DNA of 64,000 nucleotides from an uncultured Actinomycetota bacterium (GTDB lineage Bacteria; Actinomycetota; Actinomycetes; Actinomycetales; Dermatophilaceae): NCBI GenBank assembly GCA_963728395.1, contig CAVSJJ010000008.1, positions 422,227 to 486,226 of the forward strand, read 5' to 3'. Shown piece by piece: positions 55,663 to 64,000 of this stretch (position 1 is its first letter; each line of letters starts with the position of its first letter). The notes under the pieces were generated by a model. It saw only the letters and a program-made list of their open reading frames with translations, ran no database searches and was not told where the DNA came from. The position numbers and the translations under genes were made by a program.

Positions 55663-56622
55663 CTATGTCCCCGCTGTGGACCGGGTCGCATCGGCGTCGG
55701 GCGACGGGGCGGCGGGGCCGGCGCGGGGGTGGCGGCTGGCCTCCCGCAGCAGGTAGCGCCGGAACAGCTCCGCCGACGGCAGGAGGCGGCGCTCGGCGGA
55801 CCACGCGACGCCGACCTCGCGCGTCGCTCCGTCGTCCTCGATCGGGACCAGGCGCACCCCGCCCCGGGCCGTCCCGCCGGCATCCTCCCCCAGCGCCGGA
55901 GTGACGCCGACCCCGAGCCCGGCGGCGACGAGGCCGCGGACCGTGGGCAGGTCGTCGGCCTCGAGGGCCGGCTCGACCTCGAACCCGGCGCTCGCGCAGA
56001 GCCGCTCGACCTGCTCGCGCAGCGGCCAGCCCCGGCGGACCAGGACGAACGCCTCCCCCGCGGCCTCCGCCAGCCGCACCGCCTCCCGCCCGGCGAGCGG
56101 GTGCGAGGGTGCGACGGCGAGGTAGAGCGGGTCGGTGAACAGCCGGCGCCACCGCACATCCGGCCGGCGGACCCGCCGGGCGGTGATCTCGAGGTCGACC
56201 ACCCCGGACGAGAGCGACACCGACCGGTCGCCCACCTCCTCGGCGAGATGGAGGGCGAACTGCACGCCGGGGTGCTCGCGCCGGAAGCCGGCGATGACGG
56301 CGGGGACGAGCCACGTGCCGAGCGAGAGCTGGTAGGCGACGCCAACGAGGCCACGTTCGGGGTCGACGAGCTCGGTGACGGCGGCCAGCCCGTCGTCGAG
56401 GTCGACGATGAGCGCGTCGACGTGCCGCTTGAAGGCCGCGCCGGCGTGGGTGAGCCGCAGCACCCGGCCCGAACGCCGAAGCAGCGGGGCGCCGACCTCC
56501 CCCTCGAGCCGGGCCAGCGCCCGGGACACGGCGGGCTGGCTCACGCCGTAGACGTCGCTCACCTCGGTCACCGTGACGCCGTCGGCGACCTGCTGGAACC
56601 AGCGCAGCACCTCGGTGTCCAT
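55663..56622 (-). CDS. LysR-family transcriptional regulator
   Basis: MDTEVLRWFQQVADGVTVTEVSDVYGVSQPAVSRALARLEGEVGAPLL, followed by a substrate-binding domain. A T-N11-A box (TAACGCTAGCGCA, 56628-56640) lies just upstream. Confidence 0.9.
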   Translation of the reverse strand: MDTEVLRWFQQVADGVTVTEVSDVYGVSQPAVSRALARLEGEVGAPLLRRSGRVLRLTHAGAAFKRHVDALIVDLDDGLAAVTELVDPERGLVGVAYQLSLGTWLVPAVIAGFRREHPGVQFALHLAEEVGDRSVSLSSGVVDLEITARRVRRPDVRWRRLFTDPLYLAVAPSHPLAGREAVRLAEAAGEAFVLVRRGWPLREQVERLCASAGFEVEPALEADDLPTVRGLVAAGLGVGVTPALGEDAGGTARGGVRLVPIEDDGATREVGVAWSAERRLLPSAELFRRYLLREASRHPRAGPAAPSPDADATRSTAGT

Positions 56623-56698
56623 ATTGATAACGCTAGCGCATGCTTTTGATGAGATTGAGGCATTAGACGCATCGTTCGATGATTGTCACACTGGAGCC

Positions 56699-56965
56699 AT
56701 GGCAACGATCACCCACCCGCTCGCCCTCCCGGTCCCCTCCATCCACCGCCTCGTCTCGGCGGTCGCGGTCGAGCTGCGGGAGCGCCGCGCCATCCGCGAG
56801 GCGGCGCGCCGGCTGGAGCGGGACCTCGCCACGTACTCGACACCGGCGCAGATCGAGGACCTCCTGGCGACCTTCGACCGCTACGCCGACGAGGATGTCG
56901 CCCCGCTGCGCGCCATCCTCGCCGAGAACCTCACGGCGTACCAGCGGGGCCGGCTGGCCTCCTGA
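56699..56965 (+). CDS. small hypothetical protein (88 aa), divergent from the LysR gene
   Basis: ATG with ggag RBS. Helical, charged sequence. No family recognised. Confidence 0.4.
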   Translation: MATITHPLALPVPSIHRLVSAVAVELRERRAIREAARRLERDLATYSTPAQIEDLLATFDRYADEDVAPLRAILAENLTAYQRGRLAS

Positions 56966-57082
56966 GCGCCGGCCGGGTGGCACCGAGGCCGGTCCGACCC
57001 CACGGCGGTCCGCACCCACGGCGGTCCGAGCGGCCCGTGCCGTGGCCGTCCGCGCACCGTCCGCTGCGCGCCGTCCGCGCGC

Positions 57083-57451
57083 TCAGCCGCGGGTGATGAA
57101 GTGGAGGATGAGGTCGTGGGCGTGCCGGGCCTTGTCGTGGCCGCGCATCTCGATCTCGTACGTCACGTCCCCCGCCGCGACCGCCAGCGTCGAGGCCTCG
57201 ACCCAGCGGCCGAACACCGACCTGTTCGAGACCAGCGAGACCGAGAAGATCCGGCGGTACGGCAGTGACGTCAGGGCGATGTTGCCGCCGACGTACGACT
57301 CGTCCTGGAGGATGACTCGTAGGTCGGTCAGCCCGATGAAGCCGGTCCCGGCCCCCTTGCCGTCGTAGACGGCATACAGGCTCTCCCCCTCCAGCAGCCC
57401 CTCCTCGACGGTGCGCAGCTGGTCCTTGAGGTCGTAGGCCACGTCGTTCAT
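57083..57451 (-). CDS. bacterial PH-domain (YokE-like) protein
   Basis: 122 aa. LLEGESLYAVYDGKGAGTGFIGLTDLRVILQDESYVGGNIALTSLPYRRI follows a typical bPH pattern. Confidence 0.6.
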   Translation of the reverse strand: MNDVAYDLKDQLRTVEEGLLEGESLYAVYDGKGAGTGFIGLTDLRVILQDESYVGGNIALTSLPYRRIFSVSLVSNRSVFGRWVEASTLAVAAGDVTYEIEMRGHDKARHAHDLILHFITRG

Positions 57452-57531
57452 GGCGGCAGCCTAGGGCTCCCGATCGGCTCCGGGCAGCACCCGGGTGGGC
57501 TCGGGCCGGACCGAGGTCGCAGACTAGGGGT

Positions 57532-58419
57532 ATGACTGCGTGGACCCCGGACAGCATCCCCGACCAGAGTGGCCGCACGATCGTCGTCACCGGCGCGAAC
57601 TCCGGGCTCGGCCTCGTGACCGCCCGCGAGCTCGCCGCGCGCGGTGCCCGCGTCGTGCTCGCGTGCCGCAACGTCGAGAGCGGTGAGCAGGCTCGCGCGA
57701 GCATGTCCGGCACGACCGAGGTCCGGCACCTCGACCTCGCCGACCTCGCCTCAGTCCGTGCCTTCGCGGCGGACCTCGGCGGCCCGGTCGACGTCCTCGT
57801 CAACAACGCCGGGATCATGAACGTCCCCCTCGCCCGCACCGCCGAGGGCTACGAGAGCCAGTTGGCGACGAACCTGCTCGGCCCCTTCCTCCTCACCGGT
57901 CTCCTCCTGCCCCGGATCACCGACCGGGTCGTCACGCTGTCCTCCGGCGTCCACCGGATCGGCTCGATCGCTCTGGACGACCTCAACTGGGAGCGGCGCC
58001 GCTACAACGGCTGGCTCGCGTACGCCCAGTCCAAGCTCGGCGACCTCATGTTCGCCTACGAGCTGCAGCGCCGGCTCACCGCGGCCGGTTCGCTCCTCCG
58101 CTCGATGTCCGCCCACCCCGGGTATGCCGCGACGAACCTGCAGTCCCACTCCGGTGGCTGGCAGGCGACGGCGATGGAGTGGATGAACCGGGTCATCGCC
58201 CAGAGCGCCGAGATGGGTGCGCTGCCGCAGCTGTATGCCGCGAGCGTGCCCGACCTGCCCGGCGGCACCTTCGTCGGGCCGGACGGCCTCGGCGAGCAGC
58301 GCGGGCACCCCCGCCCGGTCGGCTCGAGTGCCGCCTCGCACGACCGGGAGACCGCGGCGGCGCTGTGGGCGGCGTGCGAGCGGATGACCGGCGCTCCGTT
58401 CGCCGTCCCGGCCCCCTGA
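57532..58419 (+). CDS. SDR-family oxidoreductase
   Basis: TIVVTGANSGLGLVTARELAARGARVVLACRN, NNAGIM, YAQSKLGDLMF (YxxxK). Confidence 0.9.
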   Translation: MTAWTPDSIPDQSGRTIVVTGANSGLGLVTARELAARGARVVLACRNVESGEQARASMSGTTEVRHLDLADLASVRAFAADLGGPVDVLVNNAGIMNVPLARTAEGYESQLATNLLGPFLLTGLLLPRITDRVVTLSSGVHRIGSIALDDLNWERRRYNGWLAYAQSKLGDLMFAYELQRRLTAAGSLLRSMSAHPGYAATNLQSHSGGWQATAMEWMNRVIAQSAEMGALPQLYAASVPDLPGGTFVGPDGLGEQRGHPRPVGSSAASHDRETAAALWAACERMTGAPFAVPAP

Positions 58420-58467
58420 GCCGCGCTCCAGCGGCGTCGCCGAGGGAGGGCGGCGGCATACGCTGAG

Positions 58468-59160
58468 GTGATGGCGGCAACCATCGAGTGTGTCCGAGGC
58501 GACATCACGACCGAGCGGGTCGACGCGATCGTCAACGCGGCCAACTCCAGCCTGCTCGGCGGGGGAGGTGTCGACGGTGCCATCCACGCGGCGGCCGGAC
58601 CCGCCCTCCTCGAGGAGTGTCGACGGCTGCGCGGCACCCGGTACCCCGACGGCCTCCCGGTCGGCGAGGCGGTCGCGACCGGCGCGGGCGACCTGCCGGC
58701 AACCTGGGTCATCCACACGGTCGGGCCGAACCGGAACGCCGGCCAGACCGACCCCGCCCTGCTCCGGTCCTGCTTCATCCGCTCGCTGGCCGTGGCCCGG
58801 GACCTCGGAGCCCGCTCGCTCGCCGTTCCGGCGGTGAGCGCGGGCATCTACGGCTGGTCGGCGAGGGACGTGGCACGGATCGCGACGACGGCGGTCCGGG
58901 ACGGGGTTGCGGCGGACGAGGGGCCGCGACTCGTGCGGTTCGTCCTGTTCAGCGACGCGCTGCTCGCCGCCTTCAGGTCGGCACTGCAGACGCCGTGCAG
59001 CACTCCCCGCGGCGGCCCGGACGCCAGTCAGCGGGTCCGAACCTCGGGCCGATGCTCCCAATCCCACCCCTGGTGCATCGGCCCTCCCCCCTACCGTCGG
59101 ACGACCTCCCGGCTCGGCCGCCCAGCGGTAGACCGTCTGCCTGATCGGCGTTCGGAATGA
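58468..59160 (+). CDS. macro-domain protein (O-acetyl-ADP-ribose deacetylase/YmdB-like)
   Basis: GDITTERVDAIVNAANSSLLGGGGVDGAIHAAAG...SLAVPAVSAGIYGW. The last ~55 aa are low-complexity and the true C-terminus is uncertain. Confidence 0.8.
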   Translation: MMAATIECVRGDITTERVDAIVNAANSSLLGGGGVDGAIHAAAGPALLEECRRLRGTRYPDGLPVGEAVATGAGDLPATWVIHTVGPNRNAGQTDPALLRSCFIRSLAVARDLGARSLAVPAVSAGIYGWSARDVARIATTAVRDGVAADEGPRLVRFVLFSDALLAAFRSALQTPCSTPRGGPDASQRVRTSGRCSQSHPWCIGPPPYRRTTSRLGRPAVDRLPDRRSE

Positions 59161-59195
59161 GGCTCGGAGCCCGCTGAACTGTAGGTAAGGCTAGC

Positions 59196-59861
59196 CTACA
59201 TCTGGCCGGACGCAAGCCCCAGCACGCGCGCAAATCCCTCGACCGTCTGTGGACCGGCGGAGGCGGGCTGACCGGAGGCCATGACGAACGGGACCGAGGT
59301 GACGCCGGCCTCGGCCGCCGCAGCCTCGTCGGCCCGGACCGCCTCGAGATAGTCATCGCCGGTGAGGGCCGTCCCGAGCCGGCGCTCGTCCAGGCCGGCC
59401 TCGGCACCGAGGCGAAGGAGCACGGCGGGGTCGTCGATCGCCTTACCCTCGGCGAGGTACGCGGCGTAGAGCCGCTCGAGGGCTGCCGACTGCAGGGCCG
59501 GCCCGCCGAGGTCGAGGGCGGCGGCGAGCAGCCGGTGGGCGTCGAGGGTGTTGACCGGGCGCAGTGCGTCGAGGTCGATGACGATGCCATCGGGCCGCGC
59601 GTCGATGACGATCGACTCGAGCAGCACCCGCGCCTCCTCCTCGCTCACCCCGTGCAGTCGGGCCTGCTGGGCGAAGGCCGTCCCCTCGCCACCGCGCGGG
59701 GCGTCTGGGTCGAGCTCGAAGGACCGGTAGACGACGCTCACCTCTGCGGGGTGGGGGCTGGCCGCGATGGCGGCCTCGAGCCGCCGCTTCGCGACGTAGC
59801 ACGTCGGCGAGATCAGGTCGACCCAGACGTCGAGCGCGATGGAGGCCATGCGCTCCATCAA
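59196..59861 (-). CDS. DsbA-family (FrnE/HCCA-isomerase-like) thioredoxin-fold protein
   Basis: DVWVDLISPTCYVAKRRLE carries SxxC in place of CxxC. GVTSVPFVM lies near the C-terminus. Confidence 0.7.
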   Translation of the reverse strand: MMERMASIALDVWVDLISPTCYVAKRRLEAAIAASPHPAEVSVVYRSFELDPDAPRGGEGTAFAQQARLHGVSEEEARVLLESIVIDARPDGIVIDLDALRPVNTLDAHRLLAAALDLGGPALQSAALERLYAAYLAEGKAIDDPAVLLRLGAEAGLDERRLGTALTGDDYLEAVRADEAAAAEAGVTSVPFVMASGQPASAGPQTVEGFARVLGLASGQM

Positions 59862-59964
59862 AGCACGTGACGCCGTCGCCGGCCCCGGTGGGCCGGACGC
59901 GACGACGCCCCGGCCGAGTCGGCCGGGGCGTCGTCGAGGCGCGCAGGGCGCCGCTGGCAGGGGA

Positions 59965-60708
59965 TCAGAACCGGCCGTAGCCGCTGACGCCGGAGTAGAT
60001 GGCCCGCACGTCGGTGACCGTCCCGGTGTGCGCGGCGTCGATCATCATGCCGTTGCCGACGTAGATGCCGACGTGCCAGGCCGGGGAGCCGAAGAAGATC
60101 AGGTCGCCGGGCTGGGGGTTGGAGACCCTGGCCGCCGCCGCCTGCTGCGCCGAGGCCGTGCGGGGGATGGAGATGCCGGCCTTGGCGTAGACGTACTGGG
60201 TGAAGCCGGAGCAGTCGAAGCCGGAGAGCGACTCGCCGCCGTAGACGTAGGGGATGCCGAGCAGCCCACGCGCGATGTTGACGATCTGGCTCGAGGACTG
60301 CGGGATGTTGTGGATCGGGGCCCGGTAGGCCGAGCGCGCGACGCTCGCGGTGGCGACCCGGGTGATCACCGGCTTCGGCGTCGGCCTCGGCTTCGGCTTG
60401 GGCTTGGCCACCGCCTTGAGGCCGGCGACCCCGACCGTCTCGGTCTTGACCGGTGCGACGGTGGCGGGGGCGATGAGCGCGGGGGCGTCGTTGACGGCCT
60501 GGGCACTCGCCGTGGCCGGGGCCGCGGCCGCCTTCTCCGCGGCGTGGGCCGGAAGGGCGAAGGTCGCCACGAGGCCGCCGGAGGCGGCCAGGACGGCGGA
60601 GGCCTTGACGCTGGACTCCCCGGCGCGGGAGACGATGACGGCGATCTCGGACAGGGGGTTGTACCGACCCGGCGAACGGTGACGGCCGGACAGGGGGGAG
60701 TCAGCCAC
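59965..60708 (-). CDS. secreted NlpC/P60-family cell-wall hydrolase
   Basis: GTG with gagagg RBS just after the riboswitch, then a signal peptide ending ALPAHA. Catalytic region PYVYGGESLSGFDCSGFTQYVY...GDLIFFGSPAWHVGIYVGNGMMIDA. Confidence 0.85.
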   Translation of the reverse strand: MADSPLSGRHRSPGRYNPLSEIAVIVSRAGESSVKASAVLAASGGLVATFALPAHAAEKAAAAPATASAQAVNDAPALIAPATVAPVKTETVGVAGLKAVAKPKPKPRPTPKPVITRVATASVARSAYRAPIHNIPQSSSQIVNIARGLLGIPYVYGGESLSGFDCSGFTQYVYAKAGISIPRTASAQQAAAARVSNPQPGDLIFFGSPAWHVGIYVGNGMMIDAAHTGTVTDVRAIYSGVSGYGRF

Positions 60709-60717
60709 GGTGAACCT

Positions 60718-60905
60718 CTCGTCGCCTACGAAGTGAGCTGTCGGGTTCGGGCTGAGGTTCTGCCCGGTCCGACCGGATGGGGGCATCCGGCGGGACTTCA
60801 CCCCGAGGGGCCTCGTGGAGACGGCCCCGGAAGTGGGTCCCCCGCTCCTGCCAGCGGCATACGTCGTGTCCACGGAACCGGTGGCAGGATTCGGCGATCC
60901 GGCTT
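60718..60905 (-). promoter_or_regulatory. c-di-AMP riboswitch (ydaO-yuaA class)
   Basis: The minus strand reads GAUCGCCGAAUCC...GGAGCGGGGGACCCA...GGGGUGAAGUCC...CAGCCCGAACCCGACAGCUCACUUCGUAGGCG. This is the pseudo-twofold conserved core of the ydaO motif, directly 5' of the NlpC/P60 start. Confidence 0.8.
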
Positions 60906-61111
60906 CGTGAGCTCGTCCCAGGGGTGAACGAACCTCGACCACGGTACACAACCCCTCAGGGGATGTCACATTTGGGTCACGGCGTGGTGGATTCGGTTCC
61001 CCACACCGGGACGCATCCGCCCGGCTGCACCGACGGACCGGCCGGGCACCCGTCGGTGAGAACGCTTTCCCACCGGTCACATCCACCCCACCCAGCACCG
61101 GGGCTACCTGC

Positions 61112-61966
61112 TCAGCCGACCGAGACGTGGACGTGGTCCTCGTGGTTGGCCGTGATGGAGCCACGGTCGGCCATCGGCCGCCACGTCGCGGAGCCGGGAA
61201 ACCAGATCCGCTGCCGCCAGATGACGTAGGTCACGTGGAACGCGGCGGCGTGGGCCTGGACGAAGGCCGCCACCGCATCGCCCTGGCCGCGGCCGGAGAT
61301 CATGATGTCGACCGCCCGGCCGGCACCGTGGTCGCCGCTGTCACCCGGGCGGTATCCGCCGATCGTCGCGATCCCGAAGGTCGACCGGACGGCCGAGTAA
61401 CAGGCGGACGCATGCGGGCCTAGCCCGAGCGCGGCCGCCTGCGCGGCAAACGCGTCGGTGGAGAACGCGGGCACCGACGCCGGCGTTGGCGCGGGCTTCG
61501 GCGCCGCGGCCCGAGGCACCGCCCGCAGACCGGACACCCCGGTCCGGTCGGGAGCGAGGGCGGCGACGGCCGGCGGGGCGCTGATCGCCACGGGGGACGT
61601 GGCCGCCGCGCGGCCCGCCCGCGTCCCGCCCCGGGCGGCGCGGCCGGGCGCGTGTCGCGCGAGCGCCGGGTCGATGCGCCCGGCGGTGCTCGTCGCGCCG
61701 CGCCGGGTCTCGGCGACGCTCGGAGAGGGGACGAGGAGGATCGCGGCCACCCCCGCCGTCAGGCCGGCGCCAACCCCGCCCTTGACGGCGTGCCGGGTGG
61801 CGAGCGTCGAGCGCAGCGGCCCGCGGCGGCGACCGGAGCCGTGGCGCGCGGCAAGCCGACCACGGGCACGGGGAGGACCGGCCGACGAGGACTGGGGGCA
61901 CCAGGGAATGCCTTTCGGGTCGGTCGAGGTGGCCCCACGGTAGCCAGCCGACCGCTGCACTGTCAC
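61112..61966 (-). CDS. secreted protein with conserved C-terminal domain ([18 protein letters not shown]...[10 protein letters not shown])
   Basis: TM/signal segment [16 protein letters not shown], an Ala/Pro-rich linker, and a C-terminal domain recurrent in actinobacterial secreted proteins. Start codon uncertain. Confidence 0.6.
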   Translation of the reverse strand: MTVQRSAGYRGATSTDPKGIPWCPQSSSAGPPRARGRLAARHGSGRRRGPLRSTLATRHAVKGGVGAGLTAGVAAILLVPSPSVAETRRGATSTAGRIDPALARHAPGRAARGGTRAGRAAATSPVAISAPPAVAALAPDRTGVSGLRAVPRAAAPKPAPTPASVPAFSTDAFAAQAAALGLGPHASACYSAVRSTFGIATIGGYRPGDSGDHGAGRAVDIMISGRGQGDAVAAFVQAHAAAFHVTYVIWRQRIWFPGSATWRPMADRGSITANHEDHVHVSVG

Positions 61967-62044
61967 GTGTCGTGCGCCGGCCGCGAAAGTGGCACCCGCC
62001 CGGCGCCGGTGTCCCCCGGGCGCCGGAACGACCCTCGCGGCGGG

Positions 62045-62744
62045 CTACTCGGCGGAGACGAAGACGTGGACGGCGATATCGTCCGGGAGCGAGACCCCAC
62101 TCGTCTCGTCGGCGCCGTCCCGGGTCGCGATGACCCGGCCGCCCTCGCGCCGGACCCGGGCCGGCTGGCCGGGGAGCAGCCCGGCCGCGGTCAGCAGGGT
62201 GAGCGCGTCGTGGTCGACCTGGACCGGCTCCCCGATCCGGCGGACCTGGACGGTGACCGGCTGGGTGTCTGCGACGGCGGCAAGGGTCGTCAGGCCGCTT
62301 CGGAACTCGATCGACTCCCCGGCGTCGCCGAGCTCGTCCAGGCCCGGGATGGGGTTGCCGTAGGGCGACTCTCGGCGGTCGCCGAGCAGGGCGAGGATCT
62401 TGCGCTCGACCCGGTCGGACATGACGTGCTCCCACCGGCAGGCCTCGTCGTGGACGAACTCCCACTCCAGCCCGATCACGTCGACGAGGAGCCGCTCGGC
62501 CAGCCGGTGCTTGCGCATGACCCGGGTCGCCACCTGCCGGCCCTCGTCGGAGAGCTCGATGTGCCGGTCGCCCTGGACGGCGAGAAGTCCGTCGCGCTCC
62601 ATCCGCGCCACCGTCTGCGAGACGGTCGGGCCCGGAGTGGCCGAGCCGCTCGGCGATCCGGGCGCGGAGGGGGACGATCCCCTCCTCCTCGAGCTCGTAG
62701 ATGGTGCGGAGGTACATCTCCGTGGTGTCGATGAGGTCGCTCAC
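62045..62744 (-). pseudogene. ideR: iron-dependent repressor IdeR (DtxR family), frame broken by a 1-nt insertion near 62627
   Basis: [39 protein letters not shown] is in one frame. (TVSQTV)[11 protein letters not shown]...[34 protein letters not shown] continues in another (ORF 62045-62611). gggcccGaccgtc carries one extra base. Confidence 0.85.
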
Positions 62745-62785
62745 GAGGTAAGCCTCTCATTACCTGACGCGATCGAGCACGAGGT

Positions 62786-64000
62786 TCACGTCAGGACGTG
62801 CTCGGGTCGCGCCGGGAGACCGGTCTGCGGGTCGTAGGCCGGCACCCACCGGGCCAGCCAGAGCCCACCGAGGACGACGAGGCCCCCGACGCCGACGCAG
62901 GCGAGCGCCAGCCCGGCGAGCGTCGCGACGAGGCTGACGAGCAGCGGCCCGCCGTTCGCCCCGACGAGCGCGAGAAGTCGCCACGCGCCGAGGAACTGGG
63001 CCCGGCCCTCGAGCGGCGCCACGTCGGCCCCGAGGGTCATGACGAGCCCGGAGCCGAGCCCGGAGCCGATGCCCATCGCGACGGCCACCGCGCCGACGCC
63101 GACCAGCCCGGTGGTGAGCGGGAGGACCATCGTGCCGAGGCCGAGGACGACGACGGTCGGCACGGCGACCCACACCCGGCCGAAGCGGTCCATGACCGAC
63201 CCGGCGGGATAGAACAGGAGCATCTCGATCCCGCCGGCGACCCCGAAGACGAGGGAGGTCTGCGCGGCCGAGAGCCCCACCGACTCGGCCCACAGCGGGA
63301 CGACGGCGACCCGGGTGGCCCGGGCGATCCCGATCACGAGGACGCCGATCCCGATGGTCAGCAGCGTGCGCCGTTGCGACCTGACGACGTCGAGCACCCG
63401 GACCGGGCGCACCTCGCGGGTCGCCGCCTCATGGCCCGCCGTCACGTCGAAGGTCGCCCGGACCAGGAGGACGGTGAGCAGCCCGGCGGCCGCCGAGACG
63501 GCATACGCGCCCTGCGGACCCCAGACGGCGATGACCGGGGCACCGACGAACGGCCCGAGGAACAGCCCGACCCGATGCACCCCGCCGAGCGTCGACATCG
63601 CCCGGGCCCGCATGGGCACCGGCGCCGCGTCGGTGAGGTACGCCTGACGGGCCAGGAGGAAGACGGCCTGGGTCAGGCCGAGGACGGCCAGGGCGGCGAC
63701 GAACACGAACAGCCCCGGGGCCACCATCGCGACGAGTGAGGCGGCGGCGTCGACGGTGGCCGCGAGGACGAGCGCGCGGCGCTCCCCGATCCGGGCGACG
63801 AGGGCGCCGGCCGGCAGCGCGACGACGAGCTCGGCCAGCGAGGAGACGGCGACGGCGAGGGCGGCGAGGGCGACCGACGCGCCGAGGCCGCGCGCCGAGA
63901 GCGCGATGACCGGCATGACCGCACCCGTTCCGACCGAGGCGAGGGCCGAGGGCCCGAACGCGGGGAGGGCGATGCGGCGTAGCGAGAAGTCGGCGGCGGC
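62786..64000 (-). CDS. MFS transporter, N-terminus beyond the window edge
   Basis: About 11 TM segments. The frame stays open upstream of the first Met to nt 64000 (…FSLRRIALPAFGPSALASVGTGAVMPVIAL). Confidence 0.8.
   Translation of the reverse strand, partial: AAADFSLRRIALPAFGPSALASVGTGAVMPVIALSARGLGASVALAALAVAVSSLAELVVALPAGALVARIGERRALVLAATVDAAASLVAMVAPGLFVFVAALAVLGLTQAVFLLARQAYLTDAAPVPMRARAMSTLGGVHRVGLFLGPFVGAPVIAVWGPQGAYAVSAAAGLLTVLLVRATFDVTAGHEAATREVRPVRVLDVVRSQRRTLLTIGIGVLVIGIARATRVAVVPLWAESVGLSAAQTSLVFGVAGGIEMLLFYPAGSVMDRFGRVWVAVPTVVVLGLGTMVLPLTTGLVGVGAVAVAMGIGSGLGSGLVMTLGADVAPLEGRAQFLGAWRLLALVGANGGPLLVSLVATLAGLALACVGVGGLVVLGGLWLARWVPAYDPQTGLPARPEHVLT

Noticed and set aside
1-64000. 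Explaining the GTATGCCG excess by avoidance of GTAC, or by 5mC deamination of GTACGCCG.
   Set aside because: GTAC is common in the window (for example 18340-18360, 5131, 2508). The putative precursor CGGCGTAC/GTACGCCG is present at about the expected frequency (for example near 160, 5911, 15930). Neither depletion signature is seen, although a genome-wide test is still needed.

Overview
High-GC (about 70% by eye) actinobacterial chromosome segment. All calls come from manual reading of the sequence and the ORF track, so coordinates of non-ORF features may be off by a few nt. The core shows mycobacterial-type synteny: mscL, a SAF-domain gene and fmdB on one side; 5-formyl-THF cyclo-ligase, UGPase, moeA/glp, moaC, mogA, rimJ and sepX/glpR on the other. 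Many long ORFs in the track are GC-driven antisense shadows and are not called.

Accessory content:
1. A 13.2-kb integrative mobilizable element sits in tRNA-Arg(CCT), bounded by 44-bp direct repeats. It carries a tyrosine integrase and Xis, a nested 2.4-kb two-recombinase element with 13-bp inverted repeats, and a lower-GC array of small ORFs punctuated by a recurring junction motif. It also carries a MobF relaxase and a three-gene operon (HTH-MNT, HEPN, unknown).
2. Just beyond attR lies a lower-GC segment with a cholesterol-dependent-cytolysin-fold lipoprotein, a frameshifted phosphoesterase, a small aromatic-rich ORF and a decayed two-component system.
3. A TasA-like gene precedes a SipW-type signal peptidase fused in frame to a LamG-like protein that carries its own SipW-type signal peptide.

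The signal I rate highest is not a gene. The octamer CGGCATAC/GTATGCCG occurs 44 times on both strands, about 20-fold above a simple composition expectation. It occupies all three reading frames and uses codons that are rare in high-GC genomes, and it also forms intergenic hairpin pairs.

Other features: a c-di-AMP (ydaO-type) riboswitch upstream of an NlpC/P60 gene, shared composite palindromes at two convergent gene ends, and single-base indels that disrupt ideR, the phosphoesterase and a histidine kinase.
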